A stretch of 64,000 nucleotides of DNA from Macrostomum hystrix (GCA_950097015.1 CATNEN010000038.1:11966001-12030000), one strand, 5' to 3'. Counted from the first letter of the stretch, positions 48,278 through 62,200 are shown. Translations and numbers: made by a program. The notes: generated by a model not told the origin, from the letters alone.

Positions 48278-49980
48278 ATTACCACTGTATGTTCGACGAG
48301 AATGACCACTGTGTGATCGATGTGGATGACCACTGTATGATCGAGGTGAATGACCACTGTATGATCGAGGTGAATGACCACTGTATGATCGAGGTGAATG
48401 ACCACTGTGTGATCGAGGTGAATGACCACTGTGTGATCGAGGTGAATGACCACTGTATGATCGAGGTGAATGACCACTGTATGATCGAGGTGAATGACCA
48501 CTGTGTGATCGAGGTGAATGACCACTGTGTGATCGAGGTGAATGACCAATGTATGATCGAAGTGAATGACCACTGTATGATCGAGAATGACCACTGTATG
48601 ATCGAGGTGAATGACCACTGTATGATCGAGGTGAATGACCACTGTATGATCGAGGTGAATGACCACTGTGTGATCGAGGTGAATGACCACTGTATGATCG
48701 AGGTGAATGACCACTGTATGATCGAGGTGAATGACCACTGTATGATCGAGGTGAATGACCACTGTGTGATCGAGGTGAATGACCACTGTGTGATCGAGGT
48801 GAATGACCACTGTATGATCGAGGTGAATGACCACTGTATGATCGAGGTGAATGACCACTGTATGATCGAGGTGAATGACCACTGTATGATCGAGGTGAAA
48901 GACCACTGTATGATCGAGGTGGATGACCACTGTATGATCGAGGTGCATGACCACTGTATGATCGAAGTGCATGACCACTGTATGATCGAAGTGCATGACC
49001 CCTGTATGATCGAGGTGAATGACCAGGGGGGCAATGGCCTGCGCCTCCACGAGGTGCCCCCCGGAGGACGCAAGTCCTACGAAATGCAGGCCATCAAACG
49101 GGCCCTCCCAAAGCCCAGCAAAGCACAGCACAGCACAGCCCTATCTCACCGCCCAACAAGCATCTGGCGGTCCGAACCGGTCCTAAATGACTGACCAACT
49201 GCCGACGCAGCCTGCCGAGCCTCAACGGCGGGCCCCCGGCGGCGCGAAGCGCCAGCCCGACCGTCGGTCCGCGCGCGCTCAGGCCCCCAGCAGCCTGCAC
49301 CTCCTGCAACTCAACGCAGAGGGCGTCGTTGCCAAGACGCCCGAACTGTGCAAGCTGCTCCTGGACCTGCGCGTTGACGTGGCCTGTCTTCAAGAGACCC
49401 ACACCGCCGAAGGAAGGGAACCACGTCTGCCGGGCTTCAATGCAGTCTGGCGCCACAGACAGAGCGGCCGGCGCTCAGGTGGCCCCACCCGCGGCGGAGG
49501 GGTCGCGATCCTTATCCGCGAGGGGCTGCGCTACGAGGTGCTGCATGAGCGGCCCTGCGCCCCCGAGGACGTCTCCACCGAATGACCACTGTATGATCGA
49601 GAATGACCACTGTATGATCGAGGTGAATGACCACTGTATGATCGAGAATGACCACTGTATGATCGAGGTGAATGACCACTGTATGATCGAGAATGACCAC
49701 TGTATGATCGAGGTGAATGACCACTGTATGATCGAGGTGATGGACCACTGTATGATCGAGAATGACCACTGTATGATCGAGAATGACCACTGTATGATCG
49801 AGAATGACCACTGTATGATCGAGGTGAATGACCACTGTATGATCGAGGTGAATGACCACTGTATGATCGAGGTGAATGACCACTGTATGATCGAGGTGAT
49901 GGACCCCTGTGTGATCGAGGTGATGGACCCCTGTGTGATCGAGGTGATGGACCCCTGTGTGATCGAGGTGAATGACCCCA
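48278..49980. repeat. 24-bp minisatellite (GATCGAGGTGAATGACCACTGTAT)n interrupted by a LINE fragment at 49025-49580
   Basis: Direct tandem repeat on both sides of a unique GC-rich insert. Confidence 0.95.
49025..49582 (+). mobile_element. Internal non-LTR retrotransposon fragment encoding the N-terminal part of the APE endonuclease
   Basis: LHLLQLNAEG..DVACLQETH..GGGVAILIR are APE endonuclease motifs. Confidence 0.88.
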
Positions 49981-50369
49981 GTAGGTTCAAGGTCAAGAAA
50001 CTCAGTTAGATTCGGGTCAATGATTCATGTAAGTTCAAGGCCAATGATGGTGTTTGACATCGCAGTACATCCCTAGAAAGGTTCATATAATCCGGTTGTT
50101 TCGGATTTTCAACACTGAAATCTCTATTCCGAAATGGTGCGGGCATGCCAAGAAATCAAGATTTATGATAGTATTTTTAGCCAACACCAACAATAGCCGC
50201 ACAGTTGGTGACCGACAACACACAGAGGGTATTGATATTTGTAGTGATAAGAGCACAACCCCCCTTATCAATTGGCTATAGGTTTTATGAGCTCCTGACA
50301 GAAACGAATGAGAAATTTGCAGAAATCGAACAACATTTGCCATTCTCAATATTAGCAGAGAATGCTGCC

Positions 50370-51313
50370 ATGTCTACAGCTTTGAACGTTAGCTCCATAC
50401 TCCTTCGACCAAGCTTCCAGGAGCTCTGGCTGATCAGCAGCTACTGTCTGAGCCTGCTGGTGATTGTTACGAACGCTGCCGTACTGCTGGTGGTGATGAG
50501 AAGTGTCAGCTTGCACAGAACGGCCTACGCCTTTATCTGCAACCTGGCGGCCTGCGATTTAGTCTATGGCCTTTGCTACGCCTTCTTCGCATCAGCGGCT
50601 TATTTTCCGCAGCTCGGCGGAAGCTTCACAATCTGCCGGCTGGCACTGGCGAGCTTCTACGCTTCCATCGGCTGCTCGACTGTCGGCATCACCTTGATCG
50701 CCAGCGAGCGCTTCGTTGCCATCAGGTTTCCAATCGCCTACAGCCGGTTAGCGACTAGGGCGACTGTGTCAATCAGCATTGTAGCCGCTCTGATTCTGGT
50801 GGTCGGACCGGTCACCGGCACCGTATTCTTATCGGCCAAGAAGCCACTTAATTATCCTCGCCTAATTGGTTGCGTCACCCAGCACCTGCTGCCGGCCTGG
50901 GCTCTGGTACTGGCCTCGGCTCACATCGCCCTGGCTCAAACGGTTGCTACCTGTTGCTACCTGAGCGTGTTTCGAGTCGCCCGTCAGCAGCGCATCAGGG
51001 CCAAGCGCCAGCTGGTGTGCCATAGAAGCCGCTTGGTCAACCGCAGCTGGCAGCTGACTGCTTCCATCGGCTTGCTGATATTTCTGTTCTATTTCTTCTG
51101 GATTCCCACCTGGGCTCTGCAATTGTACAGGCTGAGAGCTGCAGAGAGCCAGGCCTCACTAACCCTGGCCTATTTCAGCGCCTGCTTCTCAACACTGAAC
51201 AGCATTGTGAACATCTTCGTGTACTGGCTGCGAAGCAGAGAGTTTCAACTGGCTGTCAAGCGCCTCTGCGTGGGCGATGAGATCTTGCGGCAGCAGAGGT
51301 CTTTGAAACAGCT

Positions 51314-51357
<44 letters not shown>

Positions 51358-51467
51358 TGCAGCCTGAGCCATCCGTTCAGCCTTCCAGCTCTAACTGCGT
51401 CAGCGCTGTAACCATAGCAACAATCTTGACAGAGAATGATGACTTCGATAGGTGTACAAAGCTTTAA
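50370..51467 (+). CDS. Class A (rhodopsin-like) orphan GPCR, single exon, polyQ C-tail
   Basis: Seven hydrophobic segments; TN in TM1, NLAACD in TM2, SERFVAIRFP, FWIP in TM6, NSIVNIFVY..SREFQ in TM7/helix 8. Confidence 0.92.
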
Positions 51468-52053
51468 GAAGACAATTAAACTGAATTTTTCGTAATTTTT
51501 TTGCTAAAAGTATTTTATGATTTTTTGGCAAAAAACTTGTTTTTCGAATTCATGAGAAATAAAGAACCAATTATTGATTTAAACAAAGTTGCGAAATCTA
51601 GCATGTGGTACTGTTAGTAGCATCAGCGCTTTTTTCGTTCAAAACTGCTTCGCAGAGACGAAATCGGAAAACTAACTTAGAAATGATTGAAGTAATATGT
51701 TATGAACAATAAAACATTAGAAGTGCTATGTAAGCAGAAAATCTTGGGCTTTTGCAAACAATTTTTAGGCAGTGAGGCGTTGCTAAAAACCGAATAAATT
51801 TTATCTGCCAAAGCAGCAACAATTTTGTACGTGTGTACTCTGAAGCCTGCACAAGGTGAAGTATTAGAGAATGTGCGCAGACCTATTGCCCCGCTGCGGC
51901 TTGGTGATAAGACAGCGCTTTTGGACTTGAAACTTGGCCAAAACTTGATCAAATTGGTCCGCAGAAAGCATTTCGCATAGAAATAACAAGCCGTCGAAAA
52001 ATAGAAATCAGCATTTTCAGTAGCAAAATTTGAGCACACAACTCAAACCAGCC

Positions 52054-53269
52054 ATGACTGATCCGTTCCTGTTGGACCAGAAGGAGGTGGAGCTGACTCT
52101 CAGACGGCTGGAGGAAGCTGTGACAGTCTGGCGCAAGATGCAGAAGGAGCGAAAGGGCGAGTTTAGCAACTCGCTTGAGTACGAGCTGCAGGCAGTCGAG
52201 AGTGAGTCCCGCGATTCGAACTTTGGGTCATGAGTCAGACAGCTTGGGTCAACAGTCAGACATTCTGGGTCAAGAGTCAGACATTCTGGGTCAAGAGTCA
52301 GACATTCTGGGTCATGAGTCAGACATTCTGGGTCAAGAGTCAGACATTCTGGGTCAAGAGTCAGACATTCTGGGTCAAGAGTCAGACATTCTGGGTCCAG
52401 AGTCAGACATTCTGGGTCATGAGTCAGACATTCTGGGTCATGAGTCAGACATTCTGGGTCATGAGTCAGACATTCTGGGTCATGAGTCAGACATTCTGGG
52501 TCCAGAGTCAGATATTTTGGGTCATGATTCAGACATTCTGGGTCCAGAGTCAGACATTTTGGGTCATGAGTCAGACATTCTGGGTCAAGAGTCAGACATT
52601 CTGGGTCAAGAGTCAGATATTTTGGGTCATGAGTTAGACATTCTGGGTCAAGAGTCAGACATTCTGGGTCAAGAGTCAGACATTCTGGGTCCAGAGTCAG
52701 ACATTCTGGGTCATGAGTCAGACATTCTGGGTCATGAGTCAGACATTCTGGGTCATGAGTCAGACATTCTGGGTCATGAGTCAGACATTCTGGGTCAAGA
52801 GTCAGACATTCTGGGTCAAGAGTCAGACATTCTGGGTCAAGAGTCAGACATTCTGGGTCCAGAGTCAGACATTTTGGGTCATGAGTCAGACATTCTGGGT
52901 CAAGAGTCAGACATTCTGGGTCAAGAGTCAGACAGCTTGGGTCAAGAGCCGCTAGTTGAGTTTAGAGAGACCATAGATTAGACTTAAGCTGTGTGTGTCA
53001 ACTAGTTTTCAATCGAATGGCAACGCTGATGATTTCACAAGTAGGCCATTTCGGAACATTGAAACAGGCAGCATCAGGAACGGCATCCGTGATGTCAAAT
53101 GGAGCCTGGAGGATCTCGAAGAGACGCTGCGGCTGATGACGCAGAGCGGCGGTCAGTTATCCGCCAGCGAGAACGTCGCCGAGAGGCGGAAGTTTCTAGA
53201 AACGTCCCGAAGAACTCTGGCTGATGTGGAGTTTGAAGTCGTTAGCCCATCTTTTGACGATGTCATCAG

Positions 53270-53309
<40 letters not shown>

Positions 53310-53863
53310 GATGCCAAAATGTTGGCTGTTGCCCATGAGCCGCCAGTTGAACCAGCGAAGGTGTCACTGCTGAGGGCAGACTCAGATGAGGAGCAGGTTG
53401 TGTTCAGCAAGACAGACGTGGACATGCAGAAGCACCAGATGCGACCAAACAACTCAAAGGTAGGACTTTGTGATAATCCGAAAGGAGCTAAAGTACAATC
53501 ACTTACCTATGACCCATCAACGTGTCAATCTAGGTAAAAATGATTAACTATATCCTGACTCATCAATCCTTGAACTAGAAGCAGCAGCAGCAGCAGCAGC
53601 AGCCGGTTGACACAATGGTCTCAGTGAATCTCGACTCCGTCAAAGATCTCATTGAGCCTCAAGGAGGTCAAAAATGTTTCAAATCGGTCACGAGCTGGCT
53701 GGGGAAACATCGCTGCTGGGTGTTCCTGCTGCTGCTGATCGTGTTCTTCTTTGTCCTGATCCTCCTGAAGGCGCTGTCGCGAGCAGCTAAGCTGGACAGT
53801 TCGACAACTGCCGTTTGGGCTTCAACAACCAACTGCCCGATAGACGACTTCAACTGTATTTGA
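52054..53863 (+). CDS. Syntaxin-6/10-like N-terminal domain + C-terminal TM helix; exons 52054-52201, 53068-53459, 53579-53863
   Basis: MTDPFLLDQKEV..SIRNGIRDVKWSLEDLEETL..ERRKFLETSRR matches the Syntaxin-6 N domain; CWVFLLLLIVFFFVLILL anchor; splice phases consistent. Confidence 0.8.
52222..52948. repeat. 21-bp minisatellite (GAGTCAGACATTCTGGGTCAW)n in an intron
   Basis: Direct tandem repeat. Confidence 0.96.
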
Positions 53864-53939
53864 GTTCATGAGTATAGGCCCGGTATTGGACATTGTGCAG
53901 CATCGGGGTTTTAAATATTGGACACTAATATTGGATGTA

Positions 53940-54295
53940 TAATAATAATACTAATAATAATAATATTAATTGCAGGAGGGCTGCGGGCAGTGGTACATCA
54001 TTTGCTGACACTAGTCCAGCAGCCAGCGAGGAGGCAATTCTGCCCATTTCGCTGACTCCTGAGCACACACTCACACAAACACTGTACGCAGGCACACGCT
54101 CGCACAGGGTGTGTACATCTGTCCTGACTTTCTCATCGTCAGGCATTTCACTGTACATAAGAGGTTGGCCCTCAAGGGCGTAAATTGCACGACAAGCACC
54201 CGAGCATTCTCACCGCGGCGGCACCACAAATGAATGTGGCCTCGCCGCGGAATCGAAATTAGGAACATTGGTGCGAGAGGCAAACGCGCGTTAAC
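53940..54295 (-). mobile_element. tRNA-derived SINE family A
   Basis: Homologous to 8695-9058 in reverse orientation. Confidence 0.87.
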
Positions 54296-54304
54296 GAACC
54301 CTGC

Positions 54305-55220
54305 AGATTTTGTATAGTAATGGGATCTTAAATATTGGATATTGTGTATAGTAGTGGGATCTTAAATATTGGATATTGTGTATAGTAGTGGGATCTTAAA
54401 TATTGGATATTGTGTATAGTAGTGGGATCTTGAATATTGGATATTGTGTATAGTAGTGGGATCTTAAATATTGGATATTGTGTATAGTAGTGGGATCTTA
54501 AATATTGGATATTGTGTATAGTAGTGGGATCTTGAATATTGGATATTGTGTATAGTAGTGGGATCTTAAATATTGGATATTGTGTATAGCAGTGGGATCT
54601 TAAATATTGGATATTGTGTATAGTAGTGGGATCTTAAATATTGGATATTGTGTATAGTAGTGGGATCTTAAATATTGGATTTTGTGTATAGCAGTGGGAT
54701 CTTAAATATTGGATATTGTGTATAGTAGTGGGATCTTAAATATTGGATTTTGTGTATAGCAGTGGGATCTTAAATATTGGATATTGTGTATAGCAGTGGG
54801 ATCTTGAATATTGGATATTGTGTATAGTAGTGGGATCTTAAATATTGGATATTGTGTATAGCAGTGGGATCTTGAATATTGGATATTTTGTATAGTAGTG
54901 GGATCTTAAATATTGGATATTGTGTATAGTAGTGGGATCCTTAATATTGGATATTGTGTATAGCAGTGGGATCTTAAATATTGGATATTGTGTATAGTAG
55001 TGGGATCTTAAATATTGGATATTGTGTATAGCAGTGGGATCTTAAATATTGGATATTGTGTATAGCAGTGGGATCTTAAATATTGGATATTGTCTTGTGT
55101 ATAGCAGTGGGATCTTAAATATTGGATATTGTGTATAGCAGTGGGATCTTAAATATTGGATATTGTGTATAGTAGTGGGATCTTAAATATTGGATATTGT
55201 GTATAGTAGTGGGATCTTAC
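54305..55220. repeat. 34-bp minisatellite (TATTGGATATTGTGTATAGTAGTGGGATCTTAAA)n
   Basis: Direct tandem repeat; degenerate units also at 53883-53935, on the other side of the SINE. Confidence 0.96.
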
Positions 55221-55514
55221 AGTTTGCACAGTTTGCCATTGCTTCCACCTTTGATTAATTTGATCTAAACTGCAGTGTATTAGTTAAAAAGGTCGTTTTA
55301 AGCACTGAACCATCGTCAAAAAGTGTACTGTCACCTTTTTGATTTGTTCAAAGCCTGACCGTGTTTCTGATTTTATACCATAACAAGAAAAATTGAATTA
55401 CAAAAACAAAAATGTGATGCGTTCAAAAGTTGTGTTTATAAACTCTCAAATTGTACGGAATGAAATACAAGTCTTGTAGTTTGTTTAAACTTGTTTTCTG
55501 ATATACCACCGCTA

Positions 55515-55905
55515 TTCTCCCAATCTCCCATCTCCTATCTCCCATCTCCCATCTCCTATCTCCAATCTCCCATCTCCAATCCTCAATCCTCCATCTCCCA
55601 TCTCCTGTCTCCTATCTCCCATCTCCCATCTCCCATCTCCTATCTCCTCTCTCCTGCCTCCCATCTCGCATCTCGCATCTCCCATCTCCCATCTCCCATC
55701 TCCCATCTCCTCTCTCTTGCCTCCCATCTCGCATCTCGCATCTACCATCTCCCATCTCCATTCTCCCATCTCCCATCTCCTGTCTCCTGCCTCCCATCTC
55801 GCATCTCGCATCTCGCATCTCCCATCTCCTATCTCCTGTCTCCTGCCTCCCATCTCGCATCTCGCATCTCGCATCTCCCATCTCCTATGTTCCATCTCCC
55901 ATCCT
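55515..55905. repeat. (CCATCTC)n heptamer repeat
   Basis: Direct tandem repeat. Confidence 0.92.
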
Positions 55906-56224
55906 CCATGTTAATTAAAACTCCTGGGAGACAATTTCAATGCGAACTAATAATCAAAATTTAGTCTGGCAATTTGTCACCAAATAATTTGATTGCTTAT
56001 AAATAAAAACTAATTGGATACCTTTTGGCAAGCCTCAGAAATTAAACTGCGCAATTAGGATAATTGATGCGACTTAAAAACGCTTTCTACAAAAACAATC
56101 GCAACTGCAGGCCTCCGGGCTTGACTGCTGATCCTAACGACTGATATAGGGGGCAATAATTTAAACTACCTGCTGCTCCATTGGTTTTGCCTTTTATTCA
56201 GTATTTACTCGTAATAGTTGTACT

Positions 56225-56578
56225 ACTCACTGCTCAATGCTCACTGCTCAATGCTCACTGCTCACTGCTCACTGCTCACTGCTCACTGCTCACTGCTCAA
56301 TGCTCACTGCTCAATGCTCACTGCTCAATGCTCACTGCTCAATGCTCACTGCTCAATGCTCACTGCTCACTGCTCACTGCTCACTGCTCACTGCTCACTG
56401 CTCACTGCTCAATGCTCACTGCTCAATGCTCACTGCTCAATGCTCACTGCTCAATGCTCACTGCTCACTGCTCACTGCTCACTGCTCACTGCTCACTGCT
56501 CACTGCTCACTGCTCACTGCTCACTGCTCACTGCTCACTGCTCACTGCTCACTGCTCACTGCTCACTGCTCACTGCTC
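56225..56578. repeat. (TGCTCAC)n heptamer array
   Basis: Direct tandem repeat; reverse complement of the 58135-59117 array. Confidence 0.95.
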
Positions 56579-57084
56579 AGCCCACAGCTTATTGTGATTG
56601 TTGTGATTGTTAAAAGAAACAAAATTTATAGAGTTTCACTTTTGCTCAAAAACTGACTACCGCGTGCACTACATCTAGAATCCCACGCGGAAAATTGTTT
56701 TGAAAGGCCGAAAAACAGGGAAACACGATAATGATAAACTTCCGCTCAAGCTCAGAGTCGTTGGGCCGGAAATTTAAACTTTCCTACGTGAATGACATTT
56801 GGGAGTGGGAAGCTGACATTACTGAGGTGCATTGCTCACTGGCAAAACTATCAAAACGAATTTTACTCTGCCCTTAACCGCGGATTGGCTAGCTAAAACA
56901 GGGACTGGTAAGCACTAGATCGTATTTAACTTCCAGTTTGCTAGTGAAATATCGTGTTTCCTGCCTTTCTTTAAATGAAAAGCTTGCAGAAAATTTTAAC
57001 CATCGGTGAGTTGCAGCTTCAAGACTTCCATTAAATCCGTTTCTGCATCGTGTGTGCTTAGTTTTTGATGGGCTTATTTACTAA

Positions 57085-57640
57085 TGCGTTTATTTCGGAA
57101 TGTGTTTATAGTGGAATGTGTTTATCGCGGAATGAGTTTATCGTGAAATGTGTTTATCGCGGAATGTGTTTATCGTGAAATGTGTTTATCGCGGAATGTG
57201 TTTATCGTGAAATGTGTTTATCGCGGAATGTGTTTATCGTGAAATGTGTTTATCGCGGAATGTGTTTATCGTGAAATGTGTTTATCGCGGAATGTTTTTA
57301 TCATGGAATGTATTTATCTTGGAATAAGTTTATCATGTATTGTGTTTATCTTGGAATGCGTTTACATTGGAATGTGTTTATCGCGAGATGTGTCTATCGT
57401 GAAATGTGTTTATCGTGAAATGTTTTTATCATGTTATGTGTTTATCGCGGAATGTTTTTTTTACCGTGGAATGTGTTTATCTTGGAATGTGTTTATCGTG
57501 AAATGTGGTTATCGTGAAATGTGCTTACCGTGGAATGTGTTTATCGTGGAATGTGTTTACATTAGGATGTGTTTATTATTGAATTTGTTTATCGTTGAAT
57601 GCGTTTTTGTTAGAATGTGTTTATCTCGGAATGTGTCTAT
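57085..57640. repeat. 16-bp minisatellite (GAATGTGTTTATCGYG)n
   Basis: Direct tandem repeat, degenerating towards the 3' side. Confidence 0.92.
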
Positions 57641-58134
57641 TTTGTATTTCTATATACTGAATTAGTTACGCTAAGAAAAATGTCAAAACTTGTGGCTACT
57701 ACCTGAAAAATATTAAAAGTACAATTTTCGTTAAGAAAACCTACGCCCGCTTTCTAAGAATCAGAATCTGAATTTGCTGCGTGATTACAAAATACAAATT
57801 CTTATAAAAAGTGTAACACGATATTTGGGAAAACAAAAATGTTAGGGGGCTATGTGGCTTTAAAGGTTTTACAGGTAAATTCATTAAAGCCGCAGAAAAT
57901 TTTTTTCAATCCTTTTTGGAATTCGGAACTAAATTATTATGTACAATTGTCTAAACTTGTTCTTTCCTTCTTTCTTAGGACGTAGCAGTTGGGAGGTACG
58001 TGGCCATACTGTTCCCTGGATCATGAATTCTAATTCAAAGGTCGAATGCTTAAAGTGCTGTCAGTTCTTGACAAAATTGTCAACACATTTTGACGTCAGC
58101 TGAGTTACTGAAAACAGAATATGCCTGTTTCGAC

Positions 58135-59117
58135 GAGTGAGCAGTGAGCAGTGAGCATTGAACAATGCGTACTGAGCATTGAGCATTGAGCAGTGATTAG
58201 TGTGCAGTGAGTAGTGAGAAGAGAGCTATGAGCAGCGAGCAGTGAACAATGATCAGTAAGCAGTGAGCTGTGAGCAGTGAGTATTGAGCATTGAGTATTG
58301 AGCAGTGAGTATTGAGCAGTGAGTATTGAGCAGTGAGTATTGAGCAGTGAGCATTGAGCAGTGAGTATTGAGCAGTGAGCTTTGAGCAGTGAGTATTGAG
58401 CAGTGAGCTTTGAGCAGTGAGCTTTGAGCATTGAGCTTTGAGCAGTGAGTATTGAGCAGTGAGCTTTGAGCAGTGAGTATTGAGCAGTGAGTATTGAGCA
58501 GTGAGCTTTGAGCAGTGAGTATTGAGCAGTGAGTATTGAGCAGTGAGCTTTGAGCATTGAGCTTTGAGCAGTGAGTATTGAGCAGTGAGCTTTGAGCAGT
58601 GAGTATTGAGCAGTGAGTATTGAGCAGTGAGCTTTGAGCAGTGAGTATTGAGCAGTGAGCAGTGAGCTGTAAGTAGTGAGCAGTGAGCAGTAAGCATTGA
58701 GCATTGAGCATTAAGCATTGAGCTTTTAGCTGTGAGCAGTGAGCTGTAAGTAGTGAGCAGTGAGCAGTGAGCATTGAGCATTGAGCTTTGAGCAGTGAGC
58801 AGTGAGCATTGAGCATTGAGCATTGAGCAGTGAGCAGTGAGCTGTAAGTAGTGAGCAGTGAGCAGTGAGCAGTGAGCATTGAGCATTGAGCATTGTGCAG
58901 TGAGCAGTGAGCAGTGAGCAGTGAGCAGTGAGCAGTGAGCAGTGAGCAGTGAGCAGTGAGCTGTAAGCAGTGAGCAGTGAGCAGTGAGCAGTGAGCAGTG
59001 AGCAGTGAGCATTGAGCAGTGAGCAGTGAGCTGTAAGTAGTGAGCAGTGAGCAGTGAGCAGTGAGCAGTGAGCTGTAAGTAGTGAGCAGTGAGCAGTGAG
59101 CAGTGACCAGTGAGCAT
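58135..59117. repeat. (GTGAGCA)n heptamer array
   Basis: Direct tandem repeat. Confidence 0.95.
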
Positions 59118-59248
59118 TAAGGCATGAGGAGTGAGCCGTGTGTACCATCTATCTATTTAGAAATTTTATAATAAAAAAATATATTGTTGTTAAAATAAAT
59201 AAAAAACCCGGTACTTCTTTCCGCAACTTCTCTCCCAGTTCCATCGCC

Positions 59249-62200
59249 ATGGCAACGTTGAGCCAGAAGGAAGAACTAGCTAAGCAGATTGGCCCATCGG
59301 AAAAAATTCAGCAGCCTGGAGTCGGAATGAGTGAGAATTATATCTTTACAAGTTAATCGCGTTTCGAGTACTAAAAAACTGATATAAAATTAATTTTCCT
59401 ATATACTACATAGCATGTTTATATTCAGTCAGTTTTACAGTATTTTGTAACACAATATTGTTACGAAAGTTGCAGACAATTTCGTATTGAACTTTTAGCT
59501 AAGGCTGCTTAAATCTGATTTGCAGTCAAGATCCCAATTGTGCCAGCGAGATTAAAGCCGGCTAATCTTGACACCAAAGTATGGCTAGAATATTTCTGTT
59601 CGTTTCCAAAGGAATTTGGCTGCAAATTATATTAAAGAGTTAAAAGGTACTAAAAGTGCAGCCAGCTGGCGAAAGAGGGTGCCGCGAGAGTTCACTTCTG
59701 ACTTAAATTGCAGAATCCGCCAATAAAAGACAGTCGGAATTCAGAAGCACAACAATTAAGAATGGCAAAATACTGCAATATTGCAATCTGATTGGCTTCA
59801 GGGTGAGTGACAGGAGAATGCTAGGACTGAGTGACAGGAGAATGCTAGGACTGAGTGACAGGAGAATGCCAGGACTGAGTGACAGGAGAATGCCAGGACT
59901 GAGTGACAGGAGAATGCAGGACTGAGTGACAGGAGAATGCCAGGACTGAGTGACAGGAGAATGCTAGGACTGAGTGACAGGAGAATGCCAGGACTGAGTG
60001 ACAGGAGAATGCCAGGACTGAGTGACAGGAGAATGCCAGGACTGAGTGACAGGAGAATGCCAGGACTGAGTGACAGGAGAATGCAGGACTGAGTGACAGG
60101 AGAATGCCAGGACTGAGTGACAGGAGAATGCAGGACTGAGTGACAGGAGAATGCCAGGACTGAGTGACAGGAGAATGCCAGGACTGAGTGACAGGAGAAT
60201 GCAGGACTGAGTGACAGGAGAATGCTAGGACTGAGTGACAGGAGACTGCTAGGACTGAGTGACAGGAGAATGCCAGGACTGAGTGACAGGAGAATGCCAG
60301 GACTGAGTGACAGGAGAATGCCAGGACTGAGTGACAGGAGAATGCAGGACTGAGTGACAGGAGAATGCCAGGACTGAGTGACAGGAGAATGCCAGGACTG
60401 AGTGACAGGAGAATGCAGGACTGAGTGACAGGAGAATGCCAGGACTGAGTGACAGGAGAATGCAGGACTGAGTGACAGGAGAATGCCAGGACTGAGTGAC
60501 AGGAGAATGCCAGGACTGAGTGACAGGAGAATGTCAGGACTGAGTGACAGGAGAATGCAGGACTGAGTGACAGGAGAATGCCAGGACTGAGTGACAGGAG
60601 AATGCCAGGACTGAGTGACAGGAGAATGCAGGACTGAGTGACAGGAGAATGCCAGGACTGAGTGACAGGAGAATGCCAGGACTGAGTGACAGGAGAATGC
60701 CAGGACTGAGTGACAGGAGAACGCTAATATCAGAGCAAAGAGCAAAGACTCACAAATTCAGAGTTTGAGTAGCAAAATTAAAGGCCAGGCGTTAGCGGGA
60801 CAGTTTTAAAGCGAACTGTACTTTCGTTGCTTGGCTCTGGATCTGGCCAGAAAGTGATAGATTTCCAGCAGCTAGTTTTTCGTATCAGAGATCATCTAAA
60901 ATTCTACTTTGCTTTGACAATTAGCATAACGTTTGATGGTGCTATCGTAATGACATTAAAGGTCAGCTGGGACACCCGTGCCCTGGAATCGACCCGGAAA
61001 CGGTTCGATTTGTTGCATAAATCATGCGATGATTTCGAAATGATTTTGAAACAGAAAACTATCGAATATGGTCGAATGTCTGGCGATGGTAATGTTATAT
61101 CGATCGATAATTGCAAAAATCGACTATTCGCGAGTGAACAAAAACTCACTCTCTGCTGGGATCCAAATCCCATAGGCTCCAATAATCCCTAAGGAGAAAT
61201 CCAAGCGCTGCGAAGCAGTGTGGCATTATAGTGCTTCAGAAAATACTTATTGAAAGTTGTATTTTCCGATTTCACACTCACTCACTCACTCACTCACTCA
61301 CTCACTCACTCACTCACTCACTGACTGACTGACTCACTCACTCACTCACTCACTCACTCACTCACTCACTTACTTACTCACTCACTCACTCACTGAATCA
61401 CTCACTCACTCACTCACTCACTCACTCACTCACTCACTCACTCACTCACTCACTCACTCACTCACTCACTCACTCACTCACTCACTCACTTACTCACTCA
61501 CTCACTCACTCACTCACTCACTCACTCACTCACTCACTCACTCACTCACTCACTCACTCACTCACTTACTTACTCACTCACTCACTCACTTACTTACTCA
61601 CTCACTCACTCACTCACTCACTCACTCACTCACTCACTCACTCACTCACTCACTCACTCACTCACTCACTCACTCACTCACTCACTCACTCACTCACTCA
61701 CTCACTCACTCACTCACTCACTCACTCACTCACTCACTCACTCACTCACTCACTCACTCACTGACTCCCGCACATAATATATCCATCCTAATTTCGCAGC
61801 GGCCAGCAATCGCAGCAAGCGCACCAGTCGCGGCTGCTGCAGCAGCTGTTGCGGTAGCTGCGTATCGTGCCTAAAGAGTACAGTTGCATTCGTGTTCTCA
61901 CACATCGGCCTTTGCCTGCTAGTTGCCGCCTACACACTTGGCGGCGCCTACCTATTTGTCTACCTAGAGAAGGTCAATTCAATTGAGCTCAATCGGAATC
62001 ACAGCGAGATGGTTAAAAAGGCCGGATTGGAGATGCGGTGAGAAAGATTGTGCGGCCTAATGTAGATTTAAAAATTAATACTGTAACAAAATAATCAAGG
62101 CAGATACCCACATTCGTACTCTAAGTAGGCTCTAAGTAGTAGTAGTTTGTGAATGGATAGTCACTATGGATTTGTGAATGGGGAGTCACTATGGATTTGT

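Noticed and set aside
48289-49194. His/Cys-rich (DHCMIEVN)n metal-binding protein
   Set aside because: Satellite translation that reads into a LINE fragment out of frame; no evidence of a gene
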